Shown: in pieces, positions 46,268-56,316 of the stretch
Layout: the number at the start of each line of letters is the position of its first letter
How positions within the stretch are numbered: position 1 is the stretch's first letter
From: a virus
Lineage: Duplodnaviria; Caudoviricetes
IMG/VR virus record: IMGVR_UViG_3300043414_000372
Coordinates: 64,001-128,000 of that record
Reading direction: 5' to 3' (one strand)
Length of the DNA stretch: 64,000 bases
The notes under the pieces: model-generated
What the model saw: the letters and a program-made list of their open reading frames with translations, nothing else
Told to the model about the DNA's origin: nothing
The model's database searches: none
Program-made: the position numbers and the translations under genes

Positions 46268-47827
46268 TTAACTTAGTACGGCAAAGAATGGTAAGGGTGC
46301 AAGAAATTCCTCGTGGTCCTTGACATAACTGTCCAATTCAAAGTGATATGACCCTAATTCCTGTATCATTCTGACAGATAATAAGCTAGCCATAATCAAA
46401 TCGTCTGTGTCCCCGATCTTAGCAGCATAACTGCCCGCATGTGCTACAAACGCTTTCAATTCACTGATAAGACTACGACTATTTACGGTTAGTTTTTTGC
46501 TTTCTAGTAAGGTCTTAAACTTAGCACAAGCGGTTAGTTTGCTCTTATTAGTAGTGTTAAAGCCCTTGCGCTTCTTGCCGGGTTCGCTAATGAATGTTCC
46601 CGGGATATTGTTTTCACCATATTCATTTAGTGATACTAATGATGCTTCACCGATGCTGTTATTCTCTACCGAATAATAAAGATTGTTTGGTTCACCTGTA
46701 CATTCAACTATGTATTTGTTTATCTGTGCGATAAGTTTAATCTGTGTTGGGATATCAGTTTTGTTATGTTTCCATTCACCGATTTGTGTAACTGTATTTG
46801 CTTCAAATATTTGTATTGCTGCCGGATCACTACCTGTACCAAGACTTGGGTCTAATGCTACTGTATAGATATTGCCCTTAGTTGGTTTTTGATACCAACG
46901 AACTTGTCCCATACGACTGACTGGTTCTATTCCCTCTAGCATTAATAATGTATTAGGATTGATAAGTGTTTCATCAGCGATAATGAATTCACAACCAATC
47001 TCTCGGTTGAAACGATCTTCGCCAAGCTGTGCTTTCATTTCATCAGCCCACTTTTGATCTCTGCCCGGTTGTTCATCCCAACTTGCTCTATATGCTCTAA
47101 AGCCATTGATACCTAATTCAGTAGTATTACCAAATTCATCTTCAGTTTTATTGGCACCTTTCCAGATGAAAGCAAACTGATCCTCATCACTGTTTGGGGT
47201 GCTTGTGATAATAGCTTTACCACCAGTACTTAATGTTGGGGTAATAGCAGTCCAGAATTCTTTGGCGATACTTGGTCTAACGAACGCAAACTCGTCTAGG
47301 TATAGTAATGTAATAGACATACCACGACCTGTATTTTCAGTAGTTGTAGCACTAACAATACGACTACCATTCTCAAAGTCTAATGAGCCTTTGTTATATG
47401 TTGTTACCCCTGCTTTGATGTAGTCTGGACAGTTTTCATATGCGTATCTTACACGCTGCATAATCTCTTGTGCGCCCGTGTACTTATGTGCTGCGATAAG
47501 AATTGTACTGTCTGGTACAAACATGGCGTACCACAGTAAGTACCCAGCAGCACTAGTTGATTTACCTGACTGTCGCGGCATCAAGCTGATACTATAGCGA
47601 TAGTTATGATAAGTATTGATTAATCTTTTCTGAAAGTCCCATGGGTGATATACCATGCTACCTTTTGTGGGATGCTGTATGTAGAAGAAGTTATCCATAA
47701 AGTATAGATAACCTGTGTCAGGATCGCAGCACTTTATAAAGTCCTGCAATTCCTTATCATTTTTAAATTTTGTCTTTGTATAGGGATCTTTAACTAAAGA
47801 TGCCTGTCCTGTTTTTGTCATACTCAT
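46268..47827 (-). CDS. terL: Terminase large subunit (gp17-like)
   Basis: PRQSGKS Walker A, LDEFAF Walker B, ITSTPN, ALDPSLG, DDLIMA; late promoter at 47834-47840. Confidence 0.95.
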   Translation of the reverse strand: MSMTKTGQASLVKDPYTKTKFKNDKELQDFIKCCDPDTGYLYFMDNFFYIQHPTKGSMVYHPWDFQKRLINTYHNYRYSISLMPRQSGKSTSAAGYLLWYAMFVPDSTILIAAHKYTGAQEIMQRVRYAYENCPDYIKAGVTTYNKGSLDFENGSRIVSATTTENTGRGMSITLLYLDEFAFVRPSIAKEFWTAITPTLSTGGKAIITSTPNSDEDQFAFIWKGANKTEDEFGNTTELGINGFRAYRASWDEQPGRDQKWADEMKAQLGEDRFNREIGCEFIIADETLINPNTLLMLEGIEPVSRMGQVRWYQKPTKGNIYTVALDPSLGTGSDPAAIQIFEANTVTQIGEWKHNKTDIPTQIKLIAQINKYIVECTGEPNNLYYSVENNSIGEASLVSLNEYGENNIPGTFISEPGKKRKGFNTTNKSKLTACAKFKTLLESKKLTVNSRSLISELKAFVAHAGSYAAKIGDTDDLIMASLLSVRMIQELGSYHFELDSYVKDHEEFLAPLPFFAVLS

Positions 47828-47846
47828 AATGAGTATTTATTACAAA

Positions 47847-48551
47847 TTATTTGATATCTAATGGTCGTTGCTTAGTAGCAACAATACAATAGAATTTCTC
47901 TTTTGCTTTAAGATTAGGTTCTCCTGGGTTCTCCTGATCAGGGAATTCAATATCAAATTCAAAATTATCAAATTTATCAATGTTGAATCCAGTTCTAACA
48001 ATCAATGCTGCTAGTTGAGTTTGACCCAAAATACTGTAATGATTTAAGTTATCTTCGTGGCGCCTATCACAATCGGGCTGAGGGACTTCAATGTAAATCT
48101 TACCGCCTTGCTTTAATATACGATTATATTCCATTAAACTAAAGATAGGATATGGGCTATGTTCTAATGCATGACGCAAGAATAAAAAATCTACTGATTC
48201 ATCGTAGTAACCTTCACTTTGCGGAATAAAAGTTAAATCATACTTTTTAATTGTATGCCCTTTATCCTCACAGATTTTGATGTCGCCGGGGCTTAATGTT
48301 ACTCCAGTTAAATCAGTATAACCTCTAGATTTCATCTCGTCTAAGAAATAACCCGGGCCACAACCTAAATCTAAGATTTTACTATTTTTGGGAAGTTCAA
48401 GTGGGTCAATGTATTGTTTAACTACAGTTTCGGTTAACCCTTTGTGTAGTTCGCTATCACCTTCTTCATAGATATGAGCGGTGTATAACCATTCGTTGTA
48501 AAATTTAAGTTTAATTAAATCTAGTGTTTTGTTAATATCGATTAGCATCAA
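47847..48551 (-). CDS. Class I SAM-dependent methyltransferase
   Basis: ILDLGCGPG, RHALEHSP, RILKQGG. Confidence 0.87.
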   Translation of the reverse strand: MMLIDINKTLDLIKLKFYNEWLYTAHIYEEGDSELHKGLTETVVKQYIDPLELPKNSKILDLGCGPGYFLDEMKSRGYTDLTGVTLSPGDIKICEDKGHTIKKYDLTFIPQSEGYYDESVDFLFLRHALEHSPYPIFSLMEYNRILKQGGKIYIEVPQPDCDRRHEDNLNHYSILGQTQLAALIVRTGFNIDKFDNFEFDIEFPDQENPGEPNLKAKEKFYCIVATKQRPLDIK

Positions 48552-48600
48552 GAATCCTATAATTTGATATAATTACTTATTCTAGGATTTGATGTTCTGA

Positions 48601-48975
48601 TTATTTTCGTTTGTAACCTTTAAAGGGTTTAACTAAACTTGTTGTGTTTGTATCTTCTGGCTCTTTACTCTTTGAATATGGAACAACATTCTTTTTATCT
48701 GTGGGTATAGTTTTAGTTGCTGAAATAAACATATTATGTTCTTCTTCAGTATATGGGTGAACCGTATTATATTTTTCAGCAAAACTTGAGTTATCCATTT
48801 GTACTGCATCTTTACTCTTCCCGTCAGCCATACTCATAGCCATCATCATACGATTCAAATGATATATGCGATCATATCCACCTATATCACGAGATTTATA
48901 AACACCCTGCGTAGCTTGAGCATGGTGATCATGCATTTTACCTTCGCCCTCAGTTAAAAACTCACTGGCTCTCAT
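48601..48975 (-). CDS. Putative internal head protein (paralogue of next gene)
   Basis: N-terminus MRASEFLTEG; ends VKPFKGYKRK. Confidence 0.55.
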   Translation of the reverse strand: MRASEFLTEGEGKMHDHHAQATQGVYKSRDIGGYDRIYHLNRMMMAMSMADGKSKDAVQMDNSSFAEKYNTVHPYTEEEHNMFISATKTIPTDKKNVVPYSKSKEPEDTNTTSLVKPFKGYKRK

Positions 48976-49364
48976 TTTGGATATCCTTTAAAGCCTTTAA
49001 CCGGGCTAACTTTATCTACGTCAGGTGCTTCTTCACTAGACATTGTACCAATCTGCACAGCATCACTGGGTGGCATACCCATAGATCGTAATGCATCATG
49101 TATGTAATCTTTTACGTGAGGGTCGTAACTTACAATTATTTCATTCTCACCAAATACTGATTCTGCTCCGTCAAATTCTGGCACACCGTCTTTGGCACGT
49201 TGAGCAGCACCTTTGGCACCTGCAATTGCTACACCAAAACGATATTGTAAATAAGGGTCTTGATTCTTAAGTGCAGGAATCTTAAATGCACCCGGCAATG
49301 CTAATCCAACATCACGAGTTATTGTTCCAGTGCGACCCTCATTTATAAATTCTTTTGCTCTCAT
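48972..49364 (-). CDS. Putative internal head protein
   Basis: N-terminus MRAKEFINEG; ends VSPVKGFKGYPK. Confidence 0.55.
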   Translation of the reverse strand: MRAKEFINEGRTGTITRDVGLALPGAFKIPALKNQDPYLQYRFGVAIAGAKGAAQRAKDGVPEFDGAESVFGENEIIVSYDPHVKDYIHDALRSMGMPPSDAVQIGTMSSEEAPDVDKVSPVKGFKGYPK

Positions 49365-49906
49365 ATTATAAGATCAGTCTCTGTTTGCATATCTAAATCG
49401 TTTTCTGTTTCCATGATACTATCAGGATAATCATTTAATTGAATATTCAATCCTGGAACAGGTTCTCCAATCCAGGTAACCTGTGATGAGATAAAGTGAA
49501 ATAATGTAGCAGCATTATCTGTCAATGGCGTAACCAATATACGAACATTTGAATCAAACACATCCATATCATATTGTGTAAGATAGTTACCGTTAAACAT
49601 TGTACTGTGACCATTCCATTTTACGCCGTCTAAGTCATTAAGTATACTGGCATTTAATGTAATGTTTTGACTATCCATGTTATCTACGTTTTGAGAATTA
49701 ATTTGAAATGTTGCCTGTGTAAATGCATTTGCAGGAGTTTCATATATAACTTGAATGGTGTTTCCCACTGTGTATGCATTGCTAGTAAAAAACCCAGTAC
49801 CGTATAATTGTGAAAAATTATTGTTAATCTTCTGAAAGGCTGTGCGTAACGGATCACCTTCCCCGTCATTGGGTTGTGCACCTATATTGATTATTTCTTG
49901 GGTCAT
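49361..49906 (-). CDS. Baseplate/fibre connector-like protein (gp9/gp10-type N-terminus)
   Basis: QEIINIGAQPNDGEGDPLRTAFQKINNNF motif. Confidence 0.7.
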   Translation of the reverse strand: MTQEIINIGAQPNDGEGDPLRTAFQKINNNFSQLYGTGFFTSNAYTVGNTIQVIYETPANAFTQATFQINSQNVDNMDSQNITLNASILNDLDGVKWNGHSTMFNGNYLTQYDMDVFDSNVRILVTPLTDNAATLFHFISSQVTWIGEPVPGLNIQLNDYPDSIMETENDLDMQTETDLII

Positions 49907-49939
49907 CTCTATATCCTAAACTATAGTGTATTTATCACT

Positions 49940-50212
49940 TTAGTCAGAATTGACCTGCTCAAAAATCTTCTTCTGCCCTGTGTACCACTCTAGTATTGCT
50001 TCCAATTGAGCCGCACATTCATGTCTTGTAGCGTAGTTTTTTGCTACAACTTCCATTAAATTGCTTAATGTTGTGGTTGTACCTTCAATTGTTTGTAAAG
50101 GTTTGCAGGTTTGTGTCAGTTGTTCCGGCAAATCAGGGAACTTTTGCTGCACAGGAACAACAGTGCTACATGCTGACAAAAAGATTACCGATAATAGTAG
50201 TAGTTTTTTCAT
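49940..50212 (-). CDS. o-spanin (Rz1-like) lipoprotein
   Basis: Lipobox FLSAC, Pro-rich region, C-terminal helices; follows the Rz-like gene. Confidence 0.75.
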   Translation of the reverse strand: MKKLLLLSVIFLSACSTVVPVQQKFPDLPEQLTQTCKPLQTIEGTTTTLSNLMEVVAKNYATRHECAAQLEAILEWYTGQKKIFEQVNSD

Positions 50213-50721
50213 TTCTTTGGCGCCAGTATTATCGGAGGATTAGCCAATTGATTGTGTAAATCAGTAGGAACTTCTATCTGTTTCTTTAACAAAGTAGGGT
50301 CATTCTTTGCTGCTGCGTTGTGAGTGGTGATAACTATCTCAGGGATATCGCAGATATTGTTGTATTTTACAATTTCTCTGTCAATAAACTGTACTATATC
50401 ATCACCCTTTTCTTTGATTACTTGCTTCTTAGTAAGTATCTTAGTGACAACTTCTGTGGTTACTTTCTGTGATTCAGTCTCAGCTTTAGCAACTTTAGCT
50501 TCCATTTCTTTGACTTTAAGCTGCCAAACTGCTTGGTCAGCTAATCCACCCTCTAAGTATAAGCCAAAACTTAATACTAATATACTGATAATCTGTATAG
50601 GGAGTTTGTATGTAGCAATAAAGGGGATGAAACCAAGAACAAACCCAGCGATAGTTCCTACAACTCCAACAAAAAAGATGATATGAGTTACGAAATCAGG
50701 AAGATATGATAGAATCCACAT
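50209..50721 (-). CDS. i-spanin (Rz-like)
   Basis: N-terminal hydrophobic helices then coiled coil with a Cys; 4 bp overlap with the o-spanin. Confidence 0.7.
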   Translation of the reverse strand: MWILSYLPDFVTHIIFFVGVVGTIAGFVLGFIPFIATYKLPIQIISILVLSFGLYLEGGLADQAVWQLKVKEMEAKVAKAETESQKVTTEVVTKILTKKQVIKEKGDDIVQFIDREIVKYNNICDIPEIVITTHNAAAKNDPTLLKKQIEVPTDLHNQLANPPIILAPKK

Positions 50722-51694
50722 TCATATATTTATCTTTATTGAAGTATGGATCATTAATTAACCATTCATAATACTTTTGAAAACCTTCAGCTACATCAAC
50801 TTTGGGGTCAAAGCCAAAGTCTCTACGTGCAGCATCAATGTTCAATGCTCCCCGTGATGGGAAATCACTATCCTTGGGATACACAGATAGTGTACCGCCA
50901 CCTGCTAATTTTAATGCCATTTGTGCTGCTTCTAATAATGTAACGCTATGGCTTTTTGTAATATTGTATGTTTTGTTTTCGGTGTTATCGCTTAGTGTGG
51001 CCGCAACAATTCCATCAGCAGCGTCATCAACATAAGTAAAGTCTAGTGTTTCTTTTTCACCGTTTACTTTTATTGCGTCACCTCGCATTGCTGTAAGTAA
51101 GAATTTACTGATAACTCTATCTTCTACATCAAGTGGTCCGTACACAGCACTTGGACGAATGATAGTATGAACAAGATTCGTTTTGCGAGAATAATCACGC
51201 ACCAGCCATTCGCCTGCTAATTTCATAATGCCATACTGACCTTGAGGTTTACAAATAGCATCTTCTTTTACATCATCAGTAAAGTCACCATATACCATTG
51301 AACTACTAAGATATATAAATTTACGGACTTCATACTTGTTACTTGCTTCTAACAGATTAAGTAATCCTTCGCTCATTGTACGACTACCCAATGCTGGATT
51401 AGCGTTAACTACTTTCTGTCTAGGGAAACTAGCTAAGTGAATAACAATTTCTGGTTCTTCAATACTAAAGATTCTATCTAATTCTTCACTATTTGAAATA
51501 TCTTTATTATAGACAAAACTTATATCGCCAATTTTTTGTTGACGTTCATTTATCAAGTGATTTATTTCAGCTTGAGGGATGATGCCATAGTTAGTCTTGT
51601 TATCAACTATTGATACTTGGTGACCTAGTTTTTGTAAACGTGATACTACATTGTGTCCGATAAGGCCTAGACCACCTGTTACTAAAATATTCAT
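50696..51694 (-). CDS. NAD-dependent epimerase/dehydratase (extended SDR)
   Basis: LVTGGLGLIG, SSSMVYG, YGIMK (YxxxK), DFTYVDD. Confidence 0.92.
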   Translation of the reverse strand: MNILVTGGLGLIGHNVVSRLQKLGHQVSIVDNKTNYGIIPQAEINHLINERQQKIGDISFVYNKDISNSEELDRIFSIEEPEIVIHLASFPRQKVVNANPALGSRTMSEGLLNLLEASNKYEVRKFIYLSSSMVYGDFTDDVKEDAICKPQGQYGIMKLAGEWLVRDYSRKTNLVHTIIRPSAVYGPLDVEDRVISKFLLTAMRGDAIKVNGEKETLDFTYVDDAADGIVAATLSDNTENKTYNITKSHSVTLLEAAQMALKLAGGGTLSVYPKDSDFPSRGALNIDAARRDFGFDPKVDVAEGFQKYYEWLINDPYFNKDKYMNVDSIISS

Positions 51695-51948
51695 TTAAAC
51701 TTTAAACTCCAGTAAGTATAATCTATTGATTTTAGAAAGGCATGTATTGTGTATGAATAACCATATATCATTGGATCGTGATATCTTTTCCAAATAGGAG
51801 CAGGTTTACTCTTTTCCATAATCCATTGTCCTTCTTCTGTTTGTTGCCATTTCCAAATTGGTTCAGCAACATACAAATCAGGATCTTCTACATCACCCAT
51901 CTTGATGGTGTGTACTACGCATTCAATTGTATCTGGTTCTAGTGTCAT
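51691..51948 (-). CDS. Small protein, possibly a distant member of the 27.7-30.7 kb paralogue family
   Basis: GQWIMEK...ends FLKSIDYTYWSLKFK; start moved to 51948 (overlaps thyA stop). Confidence 0.6.
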   Translation of the reverse strand: MTLEPDTIECVVHTIKMGDVEDPDLYVAEPIWKWQQTEEGQWIMEKSKPAPIWKRYHDPMIYGYSYTIHAFLKSIDYTYWSLKFK

Positions 51949-52856
51949 ACTGCCATATCTGCTTTGATAGCAGTATAGCATTTGTATTCAACTAACTCAA
52001 TATCTTCGGGTAAGAAATCATCTATGTTTTTTATAGCTTGATTAATCTTCAATGTGGGTAATGGTAATGGTTCACGACTCAATTGTTCTTTGACTTGCTC
52101 AACATGATTGGTATAGATATGTGTATCACCTGTGCTGATAACTAATTCAGCTACACCTAACCCACATACTTGTGCAATCAAATGAGTGAGTAACGCATAG
52201 CTAGCAATGTTAAAAGGTAACCCCAAGAAAACATCAACACTACGCTGATACATATGGCAAGATAATTCTTTATTCTTATTGACATAGAATTGGCATAATA
52301 CATGACATGGTGGCAATGCCATTTGGTCTAACTCACCTGGATTCCATGCAGTGAGTATATGTCTACGACCATTGGGGTCACTTTTAATACCCTCTATTAG
52401 ATTTTTTAATTGGTCAATTTCTTTATGATGTATACTACCTTTACGATTGTATGTTGAGCCAAACTCATCCATAAAGACTTCGCTTTTGTGTGATACGGGA
52501 GTAAGCCAATGTCTCCATTGTACTCCATATACACGACCTAGGTCACCCTCAAACTTTGCTTTAGATTTCCAGTAACTTGCTAATGCATTAGGTGTCCAAA
52601 TAGTTACGACACCGTCACGGGTACCATGTGTAAGTTCTGCTAATCTGCGTTCATCTCGGCTACCCTCAATGAACCAGATTAGTTCGCCTACACACGCTTT
52701 CCAAGCAAGTTTTTTAGTAGTGACGGCTGGAAAACCCCTACGCAAATCAAATTTTAACTGTCTAGCAAATAAAGAAATTGTACCAATTCCTGTTCGGTCA
52801 TCCTTAATTTCACCGTTATCTAAAATATCCTGTAAAAGTTGTAAATATTGTTTCAT
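51945..52856 (-). CDS. thyA: Thymidylate synthase
   Basis: DDRTGIGT, DLGRVYGVQWR, MALPPCH, YQRSVDVFLGLPFN, GDTHIY. Confidence 0.97.
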   Translation of the reverse strand: MKQYLQLLQDILDNGEIKDDRTGIGTISLFARQLKFDLRRGFPAVTTKKLAWKACVGELIWFIEGSRDERRLAELTHGTRDGVVTIWTPNALASYWKSKAKFEGDLGRVYGVQWRHWLTPVSHKSEVFMDEFGSTYNRKGSIHHKEIDQLKNLIEGIKSDPNGRRHILTAWNPGELDQMALPPCHVLCQFYVNKNKELSCHMYQRSVDVFLGLPFNIASYALLTHLIAQVCGLGVAELVISTGDTHIYTNHVEQVKEQLSREPLPLPTLKINQAIKNIDDFLPEDIELVEYKCYTAIKADMAV

Positions 52857-53149
52857 AGTCTATTCAATAGTTTATCTGTTTCAGGTTGTACTGCATCGGC
52901 AATATTTTGTACATTAAGTATAAACTCAACTCCAACAACCATGTCATCTAATTCTTGTAATTTTCTACTTACAACTTCTTCTATCTGGTCTGGTTCCAAT
53001 CCTTGAGTCAAAAACTTTTCAATGTTTATAGTATGTTGTTTTTTACCTTGTAGTTTGATTACTAATTTCTTAATAAACTCTACGGGTATTTTATTTTTCT
53101 CAACATCTTCAAGTATATGTTCCCACTTTTCGATGAATTCTGGGCTCAT
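52853..53149 (-). CDS. Hypothetical protein
   Basis: Coupled ORF. Confidence 0.7.
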   Translation of the reverse strand: MSPEFIEKWEHILEDVEKNKIPVEFIKKLVIKLQGKKQHTINIEKFLTQGLEPDQIEEVVSRKLQELDDMVVGVEFILNVQNIADAVQPETDKLLNRL

Positions 53150-53877
53150 TATGCACTAACTTTTGCTCTGGTTTTCTTTACTTTAGGTGCGGGTGTTGCT
53201 ACTGGCGCTTCAACTACAACTGCCTTCTTACTTGCTCTTGGCTTCTTCTCCATTACAGGAGGATCCATTTCTGCTGCTTGCTTTAATAGATTTTGACTTT
53301 CAGCCATCAACCCCTTGGCTTCAGCAGCCATTTTAGCAGCCTGTTGACGCAAGTTGTTTGCTATAGCATTATCACCCAATGCATCATTACTATTTGCTAT
53401 CAATGGTTGTGATTGAACCTTGGCATCACGAGTTTTTTGTTCACGCATTCTACGTGCTACATCACTTGGTGTTTGTAGTCCACGACTTTGATCAATGTCA
53501 GCCATGCGTTTAACTGCTTCTTCACCTTGTTTCATTTCGGTTAAAATCTTATTGAGTTCATTCAATTTGATTTTAGTTTGAGGATTTGGGGTGACAACAA
53601 TATTCTCTGTGTTTACTTTTTTTAGTAAACCTTCTCTATGCAATGTTTGTAGAATTGGAGTACCATCTAAACCCAAGGTGCGATTTAGTGCATCGGATAA
53701 TGATTCGGCATGTTGTCCAATATCACTTTCAATACAACGGATCAATGGATCGTGTATATGTTGATTTAGTGTTTCTGTATATGTTACAAGACACATGTGA
53801 GGTTCACCTGGAATCTCACGAAAAATGATAGCAACCTTACGATCACCTTGTTTACCGACATGTTTTAAAAAACTCAT
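53149..53877 (-). CDS. Hypothetical protein
   Basis: AGGAG RBS; basic C-terminal tail. Confidence 0.75.
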   Translation of the reverse strand: MSFLKHVGKQGDRKVAIIFREIPGEPHMCLVTYTETLNQHIHDPLIRCIESDIGQHAESLSDALNRTLGLDGTPILQTLHREGLLKKVNTENIVVTPNPQTKIKLNELNKILTEMKQGEEAVKRMADIDQSRGLQTPSDVARRMREQKTRDAKVQSQPLIANSNDALGDNAIANNLRQQAAKMAAEAKGLMAESQNLLKQAAEMDPPVMEKKPRASKKAVVVEAPVATPAPKVKKTRAKVSA

Positions 53878-53941
53878 ATTATTCTCCTAGAGTACATAGA
53901 TATTTAATATCTATCACACTCGATGAAATATTTTCTATGAG

Positions 53942-54355
53942 TTACGATTTGGTCAATGCGTCAAGCAATTTATATTGCTCATATGCTTGTACAACCGCAG
54001 GTGTAGTGTTACGATTCTTGGGTGATACTTCGACCCAAACATCATCACTTAGATCGGGGTGAATAAATTGACTACCCAAAAGTGCAAAATTTCTTGGTTG
54101 ATGGATCTTACCGCTTTTGTACAATCTACTAGCAAGTGCTTCTACTTCTTCCCATGGCTTGACTGCAAGATCATAATCTTCTGGACGAAGGGAAGACCAA
54201 TTACCATCCTCATAATATTGTTTTACAATAACAAGGAAACTTTCATAGTCCTTAGTTTGTGTCCGAGTAATAAGCAATAGTACATCATCCTCGGACACTT
54301 CGTCCATTAATATACTACGCAAACATCTACCCAAACTTGTTCCAATATACATCAT
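53942..54355 (-). CDS. Hypothetical protein
   Basis: Coupled ORF. Confidence 0.7.
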   Translation of the reverse strand: MMYIGTSLGRCLRSILMDEVSEDDVLLLITRTQTKDYESFLVIVKQYYEDGNWSSLRPEDYDLAVKPWEEVEALASRLYKSGKIHQPRNFALLGSQFIHPDLSDDVWVEVSPKNRNTTPAVVQAYEQYKLLDALTKS

Positions 54356-54723
54356 ACAATCACCTGCTGTTTCTTATTTGCTCTATCACTATAAAATTTA
54401 TGTCCAACATTACGAATAGCATCAGCCATTACTTGCGGACTATCTTCAAATGTTTCTCTAATATCTTGTTCAGATAATTCTGAATCAAAGGCATAGATTT
54501 CATAATGCCGTTGACTATTACATCTAGCCCTCAATATCATCATGTCTAATGGAACATGTGCTGGCTTAAGTGTTTTATCTTGATCCTTTAGGATACGAAA
54601 GATGTTTTTCTTTTCCCATTGTTCATGTTCTTTTTCAATTTGTGTAACATTGATTAAGGCTTCAAGCCCATGCATGTCCCACATTGCCACAAACCTAGTT
54701 GTTTTCTTTTTTGATGAGCGCAT
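54352..54723 (-). CDS. Hypothetical protein
   Basis: Coupled ORF. Confidence 0.7.
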   Translation of the reverse strand: MRSSKKKTTRFVAMWDMHGLEALINVTQIEKEHEQWEKKNIFRILKDQDKTLKPAHVPLDMMILRARCNSQRHYEIYAFDSELSEQDIRETFEDSPQVMADAIRNVGHKFYSDRANKKQQVIV

Positions 54724-54931
54724 ATACCATCTTTGCCTGATCTAAAATATCTGCTAATGTTTTGTTTGTTTCGGCTGCTCTGCGAATGTTGCCCCACAGT
54801 TGATCTTCCATCATACGTTCGTGTAAATCATATCCACGTTCACTCATACTATGTAAAGTACGTTCAGCAGAGCCAGTCTGACGGACATATATAGTCTCAC
54901 CTTTATCAGGAGATTCAAATATGTCCGTCAT
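54695..54931 (-). CDS. Hypothetical protein
   Basis: Coupled ORF. Confidence 0.7.
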   Translation of the reverse strand: MTDIFESPDKGETIYVRQTGSAERTLHSMSERGYDLHERMMEDQLWGNIRRAAETNKTLADILDQAKMVYALIKKENN

Positions 54932-54933
54932 TG

Positions 54934-56223
54934 TTACACTTCATCATACAGTGCATATGTACCGAACGGGGGATTCGGATTCTTGTCGCCATGAATGATC
55001 CATGTAGTATCGCAGTAGTCAGGGTCGCCCCATGAACCATTGGGATATCCATCAGTAAACACAATCAATCGCTTAGGGTCAATTGCATTATCTTTCAAGT
55101 ATTTAAAGATACATTCAAAGTCAGTACCTCCGCCGCCCATCGGCTCGTACTCGCTAATGTTGTCCATGTTATCACTATGAAAGTCTTGCGGGTTGTATGT
55201 ATCAGTATCAAAACAGAATACATGAACCTTATAACCATCAAACGAATCCATCATACCACCAATCTCACCCAAGAACGCCTGTGCTTGTTTGTTGCTGATA
55301 GAACCACTCATATCAAGTGTAACGACAACATCAATTTCTTCTCCGGGAGTCATGCCGGGCATGATAGCATCCATGTGCCAACCTCTACGTGAGGGACGCA
55401 TCCATGTATAGTCAGTACGAATACTGCTAGTCAAGTTAGTTTGAATCAGTTCACGCCAGGGCATGACTGGATCAGTATGTTGCTTGATTAATCGTTCAAC
55501 ACCCGCGGGCAATTGACCTGCTTCTGCACTTTGTGCCGCACTGATAATTGCTTGTTTCATTTCTTGACGAACACGTTCACGTTCCTCGTCAGACATTTTA
55601 GGACGACCTTTGCCTTGCTTGTTGCCATCGCCGTCACCATCACCGTCGCCCTCTTCGCCATCTCCATCCATGTGATCATCAATCATTTGGTCTAGTAAAC
55701 TATTGATATCAATCTGCTTGACATTCTTCATCAAGTCATCATAGATTTCCTCACTAGGCTTTCCGTCATATTTCTTTTCATACAAGCATGGGACACTAGT
55801 GATAAACTGACCAACGCCGTGACGTTTTAAGTCTGCATTAACTGCATAGTCATTAGCAATATTAAATATTTGCGGGTCACGTTTGCCAATACGGCCTATG
55901 TGATCATAGACCACATGCAACACTTCATGCCCAACTAGAAACTCTACTTCTTTGGGTTTCAATAGCATAATGAAACGGCTATTGTAATAGAATTTCAATC
56001 CGTCAGTAGCCGCAGTACTACACCATTCATCAGCATTAGTTAATTTGAGGCGTGTAGCAAGATTGCCAAAGAATGAATGACGCAACAACAAACCTACACG
56101 TGCCGAAATCAATCGTTCACGGGCCAGTGCATCAATTTTGGGATCAGTAGGTCCAACAAGTTTATCAAACTTGTCGCTACGCTTTTTATTTTTTGTCGGG
56201 GCAATTACGCTACTCATATACAA
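54934..56223 (-). CDS. DUF2201-type metallopeptidase + VWA domain protein
   Basis: TAATDG, HEVLH (HEXXH), NIANDYAVN, acidic linker, MIDAS DMSGS, GGGGTDF, VFTDG. Confidence 0.88.
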   Translation of the reverse strand: MYMSSVIAPTKNKKRSDKFDKLVGPTDPKIDALARERLISARVGLLLRHSFFGNLATRLKLTNADEWCSTAATDGLKFYYNSRFIMLLKPKEVEFLVGHEVLHVVYDHIGRIGKRDPQIFNIANDYAVNADLKRHGVGQFITSVPCLYEKKYDGKPSEEIYDDLMKNVKQIDINSLLDQMIDDHMDGDGEEGDGDGDGDGNKQGKGRPKMSDEERERVRQEMKQAIISAAQSAEAGQLPAGVERLIKQHTDPVMPWRELIQTNLTSSIRTDYTWMRPSRRGWHMDAIMPGMTPGEEIDVVVTLDMSGSISNKQAQAFLGEIGGMMDSFDGYKVHVFCFDTDTYNPQDFHSDNMDNISEYEPMGGGGTDFECIFKYLKDNAIDPKRLIVFTDGYPNGSWGDPDYCDTTWIIHGDKNPNPPFGTYALYDEV

Positions 56224-56316
56224 TCCTTTATCTAATATATGCTATAGTATAGCACACCTTTTATTTAACTGCAAGTAAAAAGAGTGAGAATGTTTACACC
56301 ATTCTCACCCATAAAA

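Noticed and set aside
46268-47827. Introns or inteins in terminase, helicases, UvsX or ThyA
   Set aside because: Lengths are ordinary and motifs are contiguous; no Hint or homing-endonuclease insertion seen.
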